NCBI GenBank assembly: GCA_014382125.1
Contig: JACNKI010000223.1
Coordinates: forward strand, 1-40,314
Direction: 5' to 3'
Source: Bacteroidota bacterium
Lineage (GTDB): Bacteria > Bacteroidota > Bacteroidia > Bacteroidales > FEN-979
Length of the DNA: 40,314 nucleotides
A program made the position numbers and the translations under genes. Below the pieces are notes generated by a model, which worked only from the letters and a program-made list of their open reading frames with translations, ran no database searches and was not told the origin of the DNA. Each line of letters opens with the position of its first letter. Position 1 is the stretch's first letter. Below are positions 32,559 through 40,314 of this stretch, in pieces.

Positions 32559-32631
32559 GACGTAAGACGTGAGATCTAAGAAGAAAGACGTTGTAAGTAA
32601 TTTCCCTTAATGACTTAATGACCTTAATACC
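32546..32631. repeat. Two abutting short tandem arrays: heptamers ACGTGGG ACGTGAG ACGTAAG ACGTGAG ATCTAAG AAGAAAG ACGTTGT, then CTTAATGA CTTAATGAC CTTAATAC
   Basis: Read directly. The DUF2851 TGA stop (32556-32558) lies in unit 2 and ATG 32618 lies in the second CTTAATGAC unit. Confidence 0.85.
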
Positions 32632-33343
32632 AAACATCATGAAACCAACCCAAATCATCAAAGACTACCTCAACTTAAGTCGAAGCGAGCAAAGAGGGGT
32701 GGTCGTGTTACTCTTTATTTTGCTGACTGTCAATACAATTCGTATGATGATCCCCGGTGAGTGGAAACTGGATCCGGTCGACTTCACAACCTTTAACAAA
32801 GAAATCATGGCGTTCGAACAGTCTCTGAAGCGAGCCAGAGCGGATGAGATTAGCGCTCAGAAAACTGACAATCAAAAGTCTGGGTACAAAAAATCGATAT
32901 CAGGAAGTTCAAACGAGCAATCACAGCAGTCAAAGAAGCCGGCTTTCGTCATCGAGCTCAATTCTGCCGATACGTTTGATCTGCAACGATTACGAGGTAT
33001 CGGGCCCTCTTTTGCTCGCCGGATTACAGGCTACCGGGCCCGGTTGGGTGGATATGAAAGAAAAGAACAACTGCTGGAAGTATACGGCATGGATTCATCA
33101 CGGTTTCAGGGAATCAAGCGGTATGTCTCGGTCAACCCAGACAGGATTACAAAGTTGAATCTGAACACCGCCACATTCAAAGAGTTGATACGGCATCCGT
33201 ATATGCCATATGATGTGGCGAAAGAGATCGCTGTTTACCGAAAAAAGAAAAAAGGAATAAAAGTAATGGAAGAGGTGCAGGGGATGAAGAGCCTTGATAG
33301 TATCACGTTTGTGAAACTGAGGCCGTATTTGTCCATTAAATAA
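32618..33343 (+). CDS. ComEA-like helix-hairpin-helix DNA-binding protein
   Basis: N-terminal TM anchor and two HhH modules (LQRLRGIGPSFARRI, FKELIRHPYMPYDVAKEI). Alternative start at ATG 32639. Confidence 0.75.
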   Translation: MTLIPNIMKPTQIIKDYLNLSRSEQRGVVVLLFILLTVNTIRMMIPGEWKLDPVDFTTFNKEIMAFEQSLKRARADEISAQKTDNQKSGYKKSISGSSNEQSQQSKKPAFVIELNSADTFDLQRLRGIGPSFARRITGYRARLGGYERKEQLLEVYGMDSSRFQGIKRYVSVNPDRITKLNLNTATFKELIRHPYMPYDVAKEIAVYRKKKKGIKVMEEVQGMKSLDSITFVKLRPYLSIK

Positions 33344-33347
33344 AATT

Positions 33348-33406
33348 CCAAAAACCAAATAACAAATAAATTTGAATCTTGGTGCTTGATATTTGTTAAT
33401 TATCAC
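33348..33406. repeat. Degenerate heptamer arrays CCAAAAA CCAAATA ACAAATA, then TTGAATC TTGGTGC TTGATAT TTGTTAA
   Basis: Read directly. TTG recurs at lag 7 four times (33372, 33379, 33386, 33393). The arrays fill the convergent spacer, and the rhomboid stop (33396-33398) lies within them. Confidence 0.65.
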
Positions 33407-34088
33407 GATAGTGATAGTTGACATCTGGCGGCTTTGGCGCTTTCGGATCATCCGGATGGTAGCCCGAATAGGGATCGTCATCATTTTCCTCATCCTCCCA
33501 TTCGAAATGGGGCCGTTGGGGACCGATCTTCCGGAAATAGATGGCGAGGATCGTCCCGGCCAGTAATCCCATCAGGTGTCCTTCCCAGGAGATCTTCTCC
33601 TGTGGGAAGAATTGAGGGAAGACGCCCCAGATCAGCCCGCCATAGAGGAATGCAACGATCAGTGTAATTGCCATCAGGCGTGTATCTCTCCGGATGATAC
33701 CGCTGGTGAAGAGGAACGCGGCCAGTCCGTAAACCACTCCACTGGCACCGATGTGGACAGATTCAAACTGTCCTAAGAACCAGACCCATAGTCCTGAAAG
33801 TAAATAGATGAAAATCAGCACTTTCCATGCTATTTCCCGGTAGGAATAAAAGAGGAAGGCGGAGAGGATAAAGAGGGGTATGGTGTTGGCGAAAAGATGG
33901 TTCCAGCCGGAGTGAATCAGGGGCATCGTAAGAATTCCCGGAAGTCCCACCCAATGTAATGGACGAAGGCCATAAGGGCCGAAAGGGATATCGAATGCCA
34001 CCTCAATTACTTTTACCAGCCAGATGGCGAGGATAAAAATAATCGGAAAAATGAAGCTTCGTATCAGCCTGTTTCGTTCTTTATCCAT
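33396..34088 (-). CDS. Rhomboid-family intramembrane serine protease
   Basis: 230 aa, polytopic. HxxxN (WNHLFAN), GASGVVYG catalytic Ser and HLMGLLAG catalytic His. Confidence 0.88.
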   Translation of the reverse strand: MDKERNRLIRSFIFPIIFILAIWLVKVIEVAFDIPFGPYGLRPLHWVGLPGILTMPLIHSGWNHLFANTIPLFILSAFLFYSYREIAWKVLIFIYLLSGLWVWFLGQFESVHIGASGVVYGLAAFLFTSGIIRRDTRLMAITLIVAFLYGGLIWGVFPQFFPQEKISWEGHLMGLLAGTILAIYFRKIGPQRPHFEWEDEENDDDPYSGYHPDDPKAPKPPDVNYHYRDN

Positions 34089-34164
34089 CCCTGCAATAAT
34101 AGTAGTTTTTAACAGTTAAAAATAGTGAAAAAGGGAGAGAGACCAACTATTTGTCGAAAAATCA

Positions 34165-34172
34165 TACCTTTG
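34165..34172 (+). promoter_or_regulatory. Candidate -7 box TACCTTTG upstream of the S41 protease gene
   Basis: Matches TAnnTTTG, 41 nt upstream of ATG 34213. No properly spaced -33. Confidence 0.35.
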
Positions 34173-34212
34173 ACTGCCTGAAGTTACTCATAATTAAGCA
34201 AATCGAGATCAA

Positions 34213-35820
34213 ATGAAAATCCTGGATATAGCGAACAGAAAATACTTTTTTGCACTGACTATATTAATACTGATTCCTCTTTTTACCTTCTCACAGCGAC
34301 ACAGCTCAAATGACGGGTTACGAAAATTGCAAGTTGCTCTCCAGATCATTAATTATGCTTATGTAGATTCTATCAAGGAGAAGGATCTGGTGGAGACAGC
34401 TATTGTTGAGATGCTAAAGGAGCTGGATCCACACTCCATTTACATATCTGAGAAGGACCTTCAGCGCGCAAATGAACCTCTTCAGGGGAACTTTGAAGGG
34501 ATTGGCATCCAGTTCGAAATCCTGAAAGACACGATCACTGTCGTCCATCCACTTACAGGAGGACCCTCAGAAAAATTGGGGATCATATCGGGTGATAAGA
34601 TCGTGAAAATCGATGAAGAAGATGTTGTAGGGAAGCATGTTAACAACCAATTCGTACTCGACCACCTGCGCGGGAAGAAAGGGACCAAGGTTAAAGTAGC
34701 CATCTACAGGCGAGGCAAAGAAGATCTGCTGGACTATACTATTACCCGGGATAAGATTCCGATCAACAGCATCGGTGCCGTATATATGATCGCTCCTGCT
34801 GTTGGATATATCAACCTCAACCGTTTTTCATTGACCACCACCAAAGAGTTTCAGGATGCTGTTAAAAAATTGAAAGAGGAGGGGATGCAGGATCTGATTT
34901 TAGATCTCCGGAACAATGCAGGAGGATATATGGCCCCGGCGATCGAGATTTCGGATGAGTTCCTTGGACTGGGAAAGATCATTGTTTACACCGAAGGGAT
35001 GAGAAGTAAACGTGAGAATTTCTATTCTACCTTCAAAGGGAACTTTGAGGAGGGTCAGGTGGTGATCATGATCAATCAGAATAGTGCTTCTTCGAGCGAG
35101 ATTGTGGCTGGTGCAGTACAGGATTGGGACCGGGGATTGATCGTTGGCCGGCGTTCTTTTGGAAAAGGACTGGTCCAACGGCCATACAACCTTCCCGACT
35201 CCTCTCAGATCAGGCTTACGACCGCAAGGTATCATACTCCCTCCGGCAGGTATATCCAGAAACCATACAAGGATGGCGTTGAGGAGTATTATAAGGATTT
35301 CGCAAACCGGTACAGGCGGGGTGAACTGGTGAATGCTGATAGTATCAAGTTGCCCGATTCGTTGAAATATCAGACAGCGAATGGCCGGACTGTTTACGGC
35401 GGAGGCGGGATTATGCCAGATGTCTTCATTCCCTGGGATTCTACTCCACTAACAGACTACTATCTTGACATCCGGCGCCATAATATCATCAATCCGTTAG
35501 TTGGCGAGTATGTTGACAAGAACCGGAAGAAACTACAAAAAGCCTATCCTGATTTTATCAGGTTCAAAGAGGAGTTTGTTGTTGATGAACCGCTGATGGA
35601 GTTGTTTTTTGATGCAGCTGATGCAGCTGAGATAGATATGGATGAAGAGGAGTTTGCAGCCTCCGGGAAGTTGATCAAATCACAAATCAAAGGACTGATC
35701 GCTCAAAAGCTCTGGGATATAACCTCATTTTATATCATCGCAAACAAACTCGATCCGGAGGTGACACGAGCGGTTGAGATCATCCAGGACGATAGCTTGT
35801 TTAAGGATCTAAACCGGTAA
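34213..35820 (+). CDS. S41-family C-terminal processing peptidase
   Basis: 535 aa with a signal/anchor, a PDZ region (GIGIQFE...GGPSEKLGI..GDKIVKID), catalytic NQNSASSSEI and the FGKG lysine region. Confidence 0.9.
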   Translation: MKILDIANRKYFFALTILILIPLFTFSQRHSSNDGLRKLQVALQIINYAYVDSIKEKDLVETAIVEMLKELDPHSIYISEKDLQRANEPLQGNFEGIGIQFEILKDTITVVHPLTGGPSEKLGIISGDKIVKIDEEDVVGKHVNNQFVLDHLRGKKGTKVKVAIYRRGKEDLLDYTITRDKIPINSIGAVYMIAPAVGYINLNRFSLTTTKEFQDAVKKLKEEGMQDLILDLRNNAGGYMAPAIEISDEFLGLGKIIVYTEGMRSKRENFYSTFKGNFEEGQVVIMINQNSASSSEIVAGAVQDWDRGLIVGRRSFGKGLVQRPYNLPDSSQIRLTTARYHTPSGRYIQKPYKDGVEEYYKDFANRYRRGELVNADSIKLPDSLKYQTANGRTVYGGGGIMPDVFIPWDSTPLTDYYLDIRRHNIINPLVGEYVDKNRKKLQKAYPDFIRFKEEFVVDEPLMELFFDAADAAEIDMDEEEFAASGKLIKSQIKGLIAQKLWDITSFYIIANKLDPEVTRAVEIIQDDSLFKDLNR

Positions 35821-35864
35821 CATCGAGCCGATTATGGATCGATCTAACTAATATTTTCCAAGGT

Positions 35865-37082
35865 TTGAGTGACTCTCCTCACATCTATGTTGCTCTTCCT
35901 GTGATGGATGAGCTTGATTGGATGCCAGCTACTCTTGAGGCGATATCTGCCCAGAGTTATCCCGATGTTTTGGTTGTAGCCTGTGTGAATCAACCTGATG
36001 AATGGTGGGAAGATCCTGAGAAGAAAGAGGTCTGCAGGCGCAATCAACGTTGTATGGAGCATCTCCATGCATATCCTGGTCCTATTGAGATCATTGACAG
36101 ATCTACCCGGGGAAAGGGGTGGAAAGGGAAACGACATGGTGTGGGTTGGGCGCGGAAGACAATCATGGACAGGATAGCTGAAACAGCACAACCCGATGAT
36201 ATCATCCTGAGTCTTGATGCCGACACACAATTCGCACCTGAATATTTCGCTTCTGTTGTCAGAACACTGGCTGCCAATCCGGATACTATGGCTCTTTCTG
36301 TGCCCTATTACCATTTACTTCCCGAAGATCCGGTAGCAGCGAGTGCTGTGTTACGGTATGAAATCTATATGCGATACTATCTCCTGAACCTCTTTCGAAT
36401 TGACAGTCCGTACGCTTTTTCAGCCCTGGGATCTGCGATGGCATGTACGGTTAAAGCGTACCGTTCAGTAGGAGGGATGACGCCAAAACTGAGCGGAGAA
36501 GATTTCTATTTTCTTCAGAAGTTCAGAAAGGCAGGAGCGATCTGTAATTGGAATGAGGAGAAGGTCTTCCCGGTTGCCAGGTTTTCGACACGTGTATTCT
36601 TTGGTACCGGCCCGGCAATGATCCGGGGACGCGAGGGAGATTGGCGTAGCTATCCAATTTATTCATCGGAGTTATTTGATGAAATAGGGGAGAGCTACCG
36701 GCTCTTCCCGTCGATGTTTCAGAAGCGGGTTGATACACCTGTGACACGCTTTTTAACTGCTCAAACCGGGGAGCAGGATCCTTTTGCTTTGCTACGGAAG
36801 AATTTCAAGGAGCCAAGGCTTTTTGTGAAGGCATGCCATGAGAAATTTGATGGGTTACGAATTTTGCAATACCTGAAGCAGCGGCATGAACCGATGGAAG
36901 GGGGGGATGAGATTAATTTTTTGGAATGGATGAGGCGCTTCTATTCAGTGGATGCCGGATGCCAGATACCGGATAAGACAAAATTCTCGTTTGCTGAAAG
37001 TAACCAGGAAGAGTTAGATCGGCTACGGGATTTCCTGGTCAGGGAAGAAGATAAGTGCCGAAAGGAAAACTCCTTTTCCTGA
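35865..37082 (+). CDS. Family-2 glycosyltransferase
   Basis: IYVALPVMDE...SAQSYPD N-terminal Rossmann strand and an LDADT DxD motif. A TTG start at 35865 is required to include strand beta-1. Confidence 0.7.
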   Translation: MSDSPHIYVALPVMDELDWMPATLEAISAQSYPDVLVVACVNQPDEWWEDPEKKEVCRRNQRCMEHLHAYPGPIEIIDRSTRGKGWKGKRHGVGWARKTIMDRIAETAQPDDIILSLDADTQFAPEYFASVVRTLAANPDTMALSVPYYHLLPEDPVAASAVLRYEIYMRYYLLNLFRIDSPYAFSALGSAMACTVKAYRSVGGMTPKLSGEDFYFLQKFRKAGAICNWNEEKVFPVARFSTRVFFGTGPAMIRGREGDWRSYPIYSSELFDEIGESYRLFPSMFQKRVDTPVTRFLTAQTGEQDPFALLRKNFKEPRLFVKACHEKFDGLRILQYLKQRHEPMEGGDEINFLEWMRRFYSVDAGCQIPDKTKFSFAESNQEELDRLRDFLVREEDKCRKENSFS

Positions 37083-37092
37083 AGCGAAGATG

Positions 37093-38283
37093 TTAGCTCA
37101 ACACCTCGGTAACCAGGTCGGCAGCCTCCTGCAGTGTAATCGCTGAATGAACCCTGAGTCCGGACTCATCAATCAGTTTTTTACCCTCTATGGCATTTGT
37201 TCCCTGTAACCGTACAATGATTGGTACCGGTATATTGCCGATGTTATTATATGCATCCACCACACCCTGGGCAACCCGGTCACATCGCACTATTCCACCG
37301 AAAATATTCAGGAGGATCGCTTTGACATTCGGGTCTTTCAGGATGATCCGGAAGCCCTCTTCCACCCGCCTGGCATCGGCGCTGCCTCCTACGTCCAGGA
37401 AATTGGCTGGCTCGCCTCCTGAAAGTTTGATGATATCCATTGTTGCCATGGCCAGTCCGGCTCCGTTAACCATACATCCCACATTGCCGGTTAATTTCAC
37501 ATAGTTCAGGTCGAACCCTGACGCCTCCACCTCGATCGGGTCCTCTTCATCGAAGTCACGCATGGCCGTAATATCGGGATGGCGGAAAAGAGCATTGTTA
37601 TCGATCACCACCTTGGCATCGGCAGCAAGAATCTTATTGTCGGAAGTTTTGAAAACCGGGTTGATCTCCACAAGCGAGGCATCTGAGTTGATATAGGCTT
37701 TAAAGACGCCTTTCACAAACTTAATCATGTTCTTATTTGCCTCGCCTGTGAGCCCCAGGTTGAAAGCCACTTTGCGGGCCTGGAATGGCTTCAACCCGAT
37801 CACCGGATCAATCTCTTCGGTGAAGATCAACTCCGGTGTCTCCTCAGCTACCTTTTCGATATCCATCCCGCCCCGGGGCGAATACATCAGAATGATATGG
37901 CCTTTCTCTCTGTTGAGCAAGACGCTGAAGTAAATTTCTGCGGGTTCAGTAGGGCCGGGATAGAAGATGTTTTGCTCTACATATATTTTCCTGACCTTTT
38001 TGCCTTCCGCACTGGTCTGGGGTGTGATCAGAGTCATACCGATAATCTGATCAGCATACATACGGACCTCATCCAGGGTTTTAGCTACCTTCACACCACC
38101 TCCTTTGCCTCGTCCGCCGGCATGAACCTGGGCTTTGATGACCCATTTATCTGATCCTGTGGAACTTTGTATCAGTTTGGCGGCTTTCACAGTCTCTTCC
38201 AAAGTGTTGGCTACTATTCCTTCCGGAACCATCACGCCATTTTTCTTGAGCAGCATCTTGCTTTGATATTCATGTAGATTCAT
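37093..38283 (-). CDS. sucC: Succinate-CoA ligase (ADP-forming) beta subunit
   Basis: MNLHEYQSKMLLKKNGV... ATP-grasp plus a C-terminal CoA-ligase domain. ATG 38283 is preferred over the track start 38340. No adjacent sucD. Confidence 0.93.
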   Translation of the reverse strand: MNLHEYQSKMLLKKNGVMVPEGIVANTLEETVKAAKLIQSSTGSDKWVIKAQVHAGGRGKGGGVKVAKTLDEVRMYADQIIGMTLITPQTSAEGKKVRKIYVEQNIFYPGPTEPAEIYFSVLLNREKGHIILMYSPRGGMDIEKVAEETPELIFTEEIDPVIGLKPFQARKVAFNLGLTGEANKNMIKFVKGVFKAYINSDASLVEINPVFKTSDNKILAADAKVVIDNNALFRHPDITAMRDFDEEDPIEVEASGFDLNYVKLTGNVGCMVNGAGLAMATMDIIKLSGGEPANFLDVGGSADARRVEEGFRIILKDPNVKAILLNIFGGIVRCDRVAQGVVDAYNNIGNIPVPIIVRLQGTNAIEGKKLIDESGLRVHSAITLQEAADLVTEVLS

Positions 38284-38323
38284 ATAGTTCTCCGTGTTTT
38301 TACGTGGATTCAAAAGTACTAAC

Positions 38324-39031
38324 ATGCATTCGAATTTCAAAATACAATTAGTAACTTTGTCGCCTGAAAGCTACAAAGTGATCGTTGCAAAGGAAATCCA
38401 TAAATCTTTTGGCTCCCTGAACGTATTAAAGGGAATCAGCCTTGAGGTTAACAGAGGAGAGATCATCTCCATTGTAGGAGCTTCAGGAGCCGGGAAATCA
38501 ACATTGTTGCATATTCTTGGGACCCTTGACAGAGCAGATAGTGGTGAGATTAAAGTTGATGGGAAGTTGCTGAATACAATGACGGAGAAAAAGCAATCAG
38601 AATTCCGGAACCAACAGATCGGCTTTGTCTTTCAATTCCATCACCTGCTTCCTGAGTTCTCTGCCCTGGAAAATATCTGTATCCCTGCTTTTATTGCCAG
38701 AAAGTCGAAACGGGAAGCCAGGAAACAGGCCATGGGACTATTGCAGTTTATGGGATTGGAAGAACGCGCCAAACACAAACCTTCAGAACTCTCGGGTGGA
38801 GAACAGCAACGGGTAGCTGTTGCCAGAGCACTGGTGAACAGTCCGGGTGTTGTGTTGGCTGATGAACCATCAGGGAACCTCGATTCGACCTCAGCTATTC
38901 AGCTTCACAAGCTTTTTTTCGAACTGAGAGATCATTACAATCAAACCTATATCATCGTGACTCACAATGAGGGCCTGGCTAATATGGCTGACAGAAAGCT
39001 TACTATCCGCGATGGAGTCATCGATTATTGA
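38324..39031 (+). CDS. ABC transporter ATP-binding protein, LolD/MacB-type
   Basis: Walker [11 protein letters not shown]-loop, signature LSGGEQQR and Walker B VVLADEP. Start is ATG 38324 or GTG 38378. Confidence 0.88.
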   Translation: MHSNFKIQLVTLSPESYKVIVAKEIHKSFGSLNVLKGISLEVNRGEIISIVGASGAGKSTLLHILGTLDRADSGEIKVDGKLLNTMTEKKQSEFRNQQIGFVFQFHHLLPEFSALENICIPAFIARKSKREARKQAMGLLQFMGLEERAKHKPSELSGGEQQRVAVARALVNSPGVVLADEPSGNLDSTSAIQLHKLFFELRDHYNQTYIIVTHNEGLANMADRKLTIRDGVIDY

Positions 39032-39073
39032 CATTCCATAAAATTAAATATCCGAACCAGCGTTGATTAAGTT

Positions 39074-40314
39074 ATGAATAGAGTTTTACGGAAGAGATCC
39101 TATTATCTTATCATTGTATTTGTCCTTGTTGCTTCCTTTGTGTTTGCATATGGATTCTACTTTCCCGCACCTCTGTTCCAACCTGTTTTTCAGTTGCCTC
39201 CTGATAGTGTTTATACACCATCATCTCCCGGACAGGATTCTGTTTATCGGAGTCTTCTAACGCGTATTAATATGTTATTCGGGCAAAAGCGTTACCAGGC
39301 GTGTTTGGTTGAACTTGAAAAAGCCCTAAAACTTAAGCCCGACGTTGCCTCTATCCAGGAACGTATCATCCGGGTGGAAAGGCTGATCGCTCAGGAGAAT
39401 AAAACGAACCAGGAGTATGCTGACCTGGTCGCCAAAGCGGATGATTATTTCGGCAAGCAGGATTACCTCAATGCGAAGGCTTCTTACCAGCTGGCTATCG
39501 ATGTCAAACCCAGGGATCCTGTTGCCATAGAGAAACTCGGGGAGACGATGAAACTCCTTCGTTCACAGAAAGCCCAAAACATCCTCTATGATGTAGCGGT
39601 CGCGGCCGCCGATAAACTTTTTGATGCCGGGGAGTATGAAAAAGCAAGGATTGAATACGTGAATGCCAGCAAGGTTATGCCGGAAGCAACATATCCAAAG
39701 GAGAAAATCAATGCAATCATCAAGATCCAGGTCGACCGGCAGGTGAGGGAGGAGCTTTACCGGAATGCGATTACCGCCGGGGACAGGTTTTTTGAGGCAA
39801 AAAGTTACAATCGCGCTTTGCATGAGTTTCAGAATGCCTTGGTGCAGAAACCCGACGAACTTTACCCGCAAGAGAAGGTCAGTGAGTTGACCCAAATCCT
39901 TCAGGAACTTGCTGCTTTGGAGGAGGCCTACAAACAAGTAATAGCACAGGCCGACCAGCTGTTTTCGGAAGGCAGATATGCCGATGCCCGAACTGAATAC
40001 ATGGAAGCGTTGAAGCTGAAACCGAAGGAGAGCTACCCGGCATCGAAGATCCGGGAGATCGATCAGATTCTGGCGCAGATCACGAAAGTTGATACAGACT
40101 ATAACCACTTTTTAAACCAGGCCGACAGCCTTTATATCGAAAAGAATTTTATCCGGGCCCGCCAGAACTACCAGCTTGCTTTACTGATCAAACCCAATGA
40201 ATCTTACCCCAAAGCCATGATAACAAAAACAGAAGCTGGTGTGGGAGAACAGAAAGCGAATGAGATCAATGAACAATATGACCGGATCCTGGCTAATGCC
40301 GACAGGATGTTTAC
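39074..40314 (+). CDS. Membrane-anchored repeat protein with ~57-aa TPR-like modules (3' end outside window)
   Basis: Not in the ORF track because no stop is reached. My translation from ATG 39074 gives MNRVLRKRSYYLIIVFVLVASFVFAYG... followed by at least 6 modules of the form Y....ADxxF....Y..A...Y..AL..KP.E.YP..KI.EI. It stays open to the window end. Confidence 0.75.
   Translation, partial: MNRVLRKRSYYLIIVFVLVASFVFAYGFYFPAPLFQPVFQLPPDSVYTPSSPGQDSVYRSLLTRINMLFGQKRYQACLVELEKALKLKPDVASIQERIIRVERLIAQENKTNQEYADLVAKADDYFGKQDYLNAKASYQLAIDVKPRDPVAIEKLGETMKLLRSQKAQNILYDVAVAAADKLFDAGEYEKARIEYVNASKVMPEATYPKEKINAIIKIQVDRQVREELYRNAITAGDRFFEAKSYNRALHEFQNALVQKPDELYPQEKVSELTQILQELAALEEAYKQVIAQADQLFSEGRYADARTEYMEALKLKPKESYPASKIREIDQILAQITKVDTDYNHFLNQADSLYIEKNFIRARQNYQLALLIKPNESYPKAMITKTEAGVGEQKANEINEQYDRILANADRMF

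Noticed and set aside
39563-40108. 181-aa minus-strand ORF listed in the track
   Set aside because: It is the antisense shadow of the + strand repeat-protein ORF, which is longer, open to the window end, and shows a coherent TM anchor plus modular repeat structure.

Overview
Core housekeeping segment of a Bacteroidota-type chromosome. This is inferred from gene order, TAnnTTTG -7 promoter boxes and the absence of Shine-Dalgarno-like leaders. The backbone is the conserved translation/transcription superlocus: rpsU, a tyrosine recombinase, hpf, tRNA-Thr/Tyr/Gly/Thr, tuf, tRNA-Trp, secE, nusG, rplK-rplA-rplJ-rplL, rpoB, rpoC and a DUF3467 gene. Envelope and LPS-related genes follow (DUF2520 gene, kdsC, a UbiA-type prenyltransferase, maf, surE, lpxB). 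After these come two tandem TPR paralogs, comEC, a CDF transporter, tRNA-Asp, a DUF456 gene, and the coiled-coil/zapA/rny operon. The window ends with DUF2851, a comEA-like gene, rhomboid, an S41 protease, a GT2 glycosyltransferase, sucC, a lolD-like ATPase and a window-truncated repeat protein. I see no mobile element, CRISPR array, defence island, toxin-antitoxin pair or biosynthetic cluster, and no convincing novel multi-gene system. Two things are not explained by ordinary annotation. (1) A family of degenerate 7-9 nt head-to-tail tandem arrays sits on gene 3' ends. These arrays fill whole spacers, supply three real stop codons and one candidate start codon, and in one case run in-frame through the DPP-IV gene. 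(2) The ~240-nt zapA-rny spacer has a 14-bp long-range closing helix, a duplicated 18-nt hairpin module and a U8 tract. It is a candidate ncRNA, possibly 6S/ssrS by analogy with zapA-ssrS in E. coli, or else an rny leader. All coordinates and structures were derived by eye from the sequence. No searches or folding programs were run.
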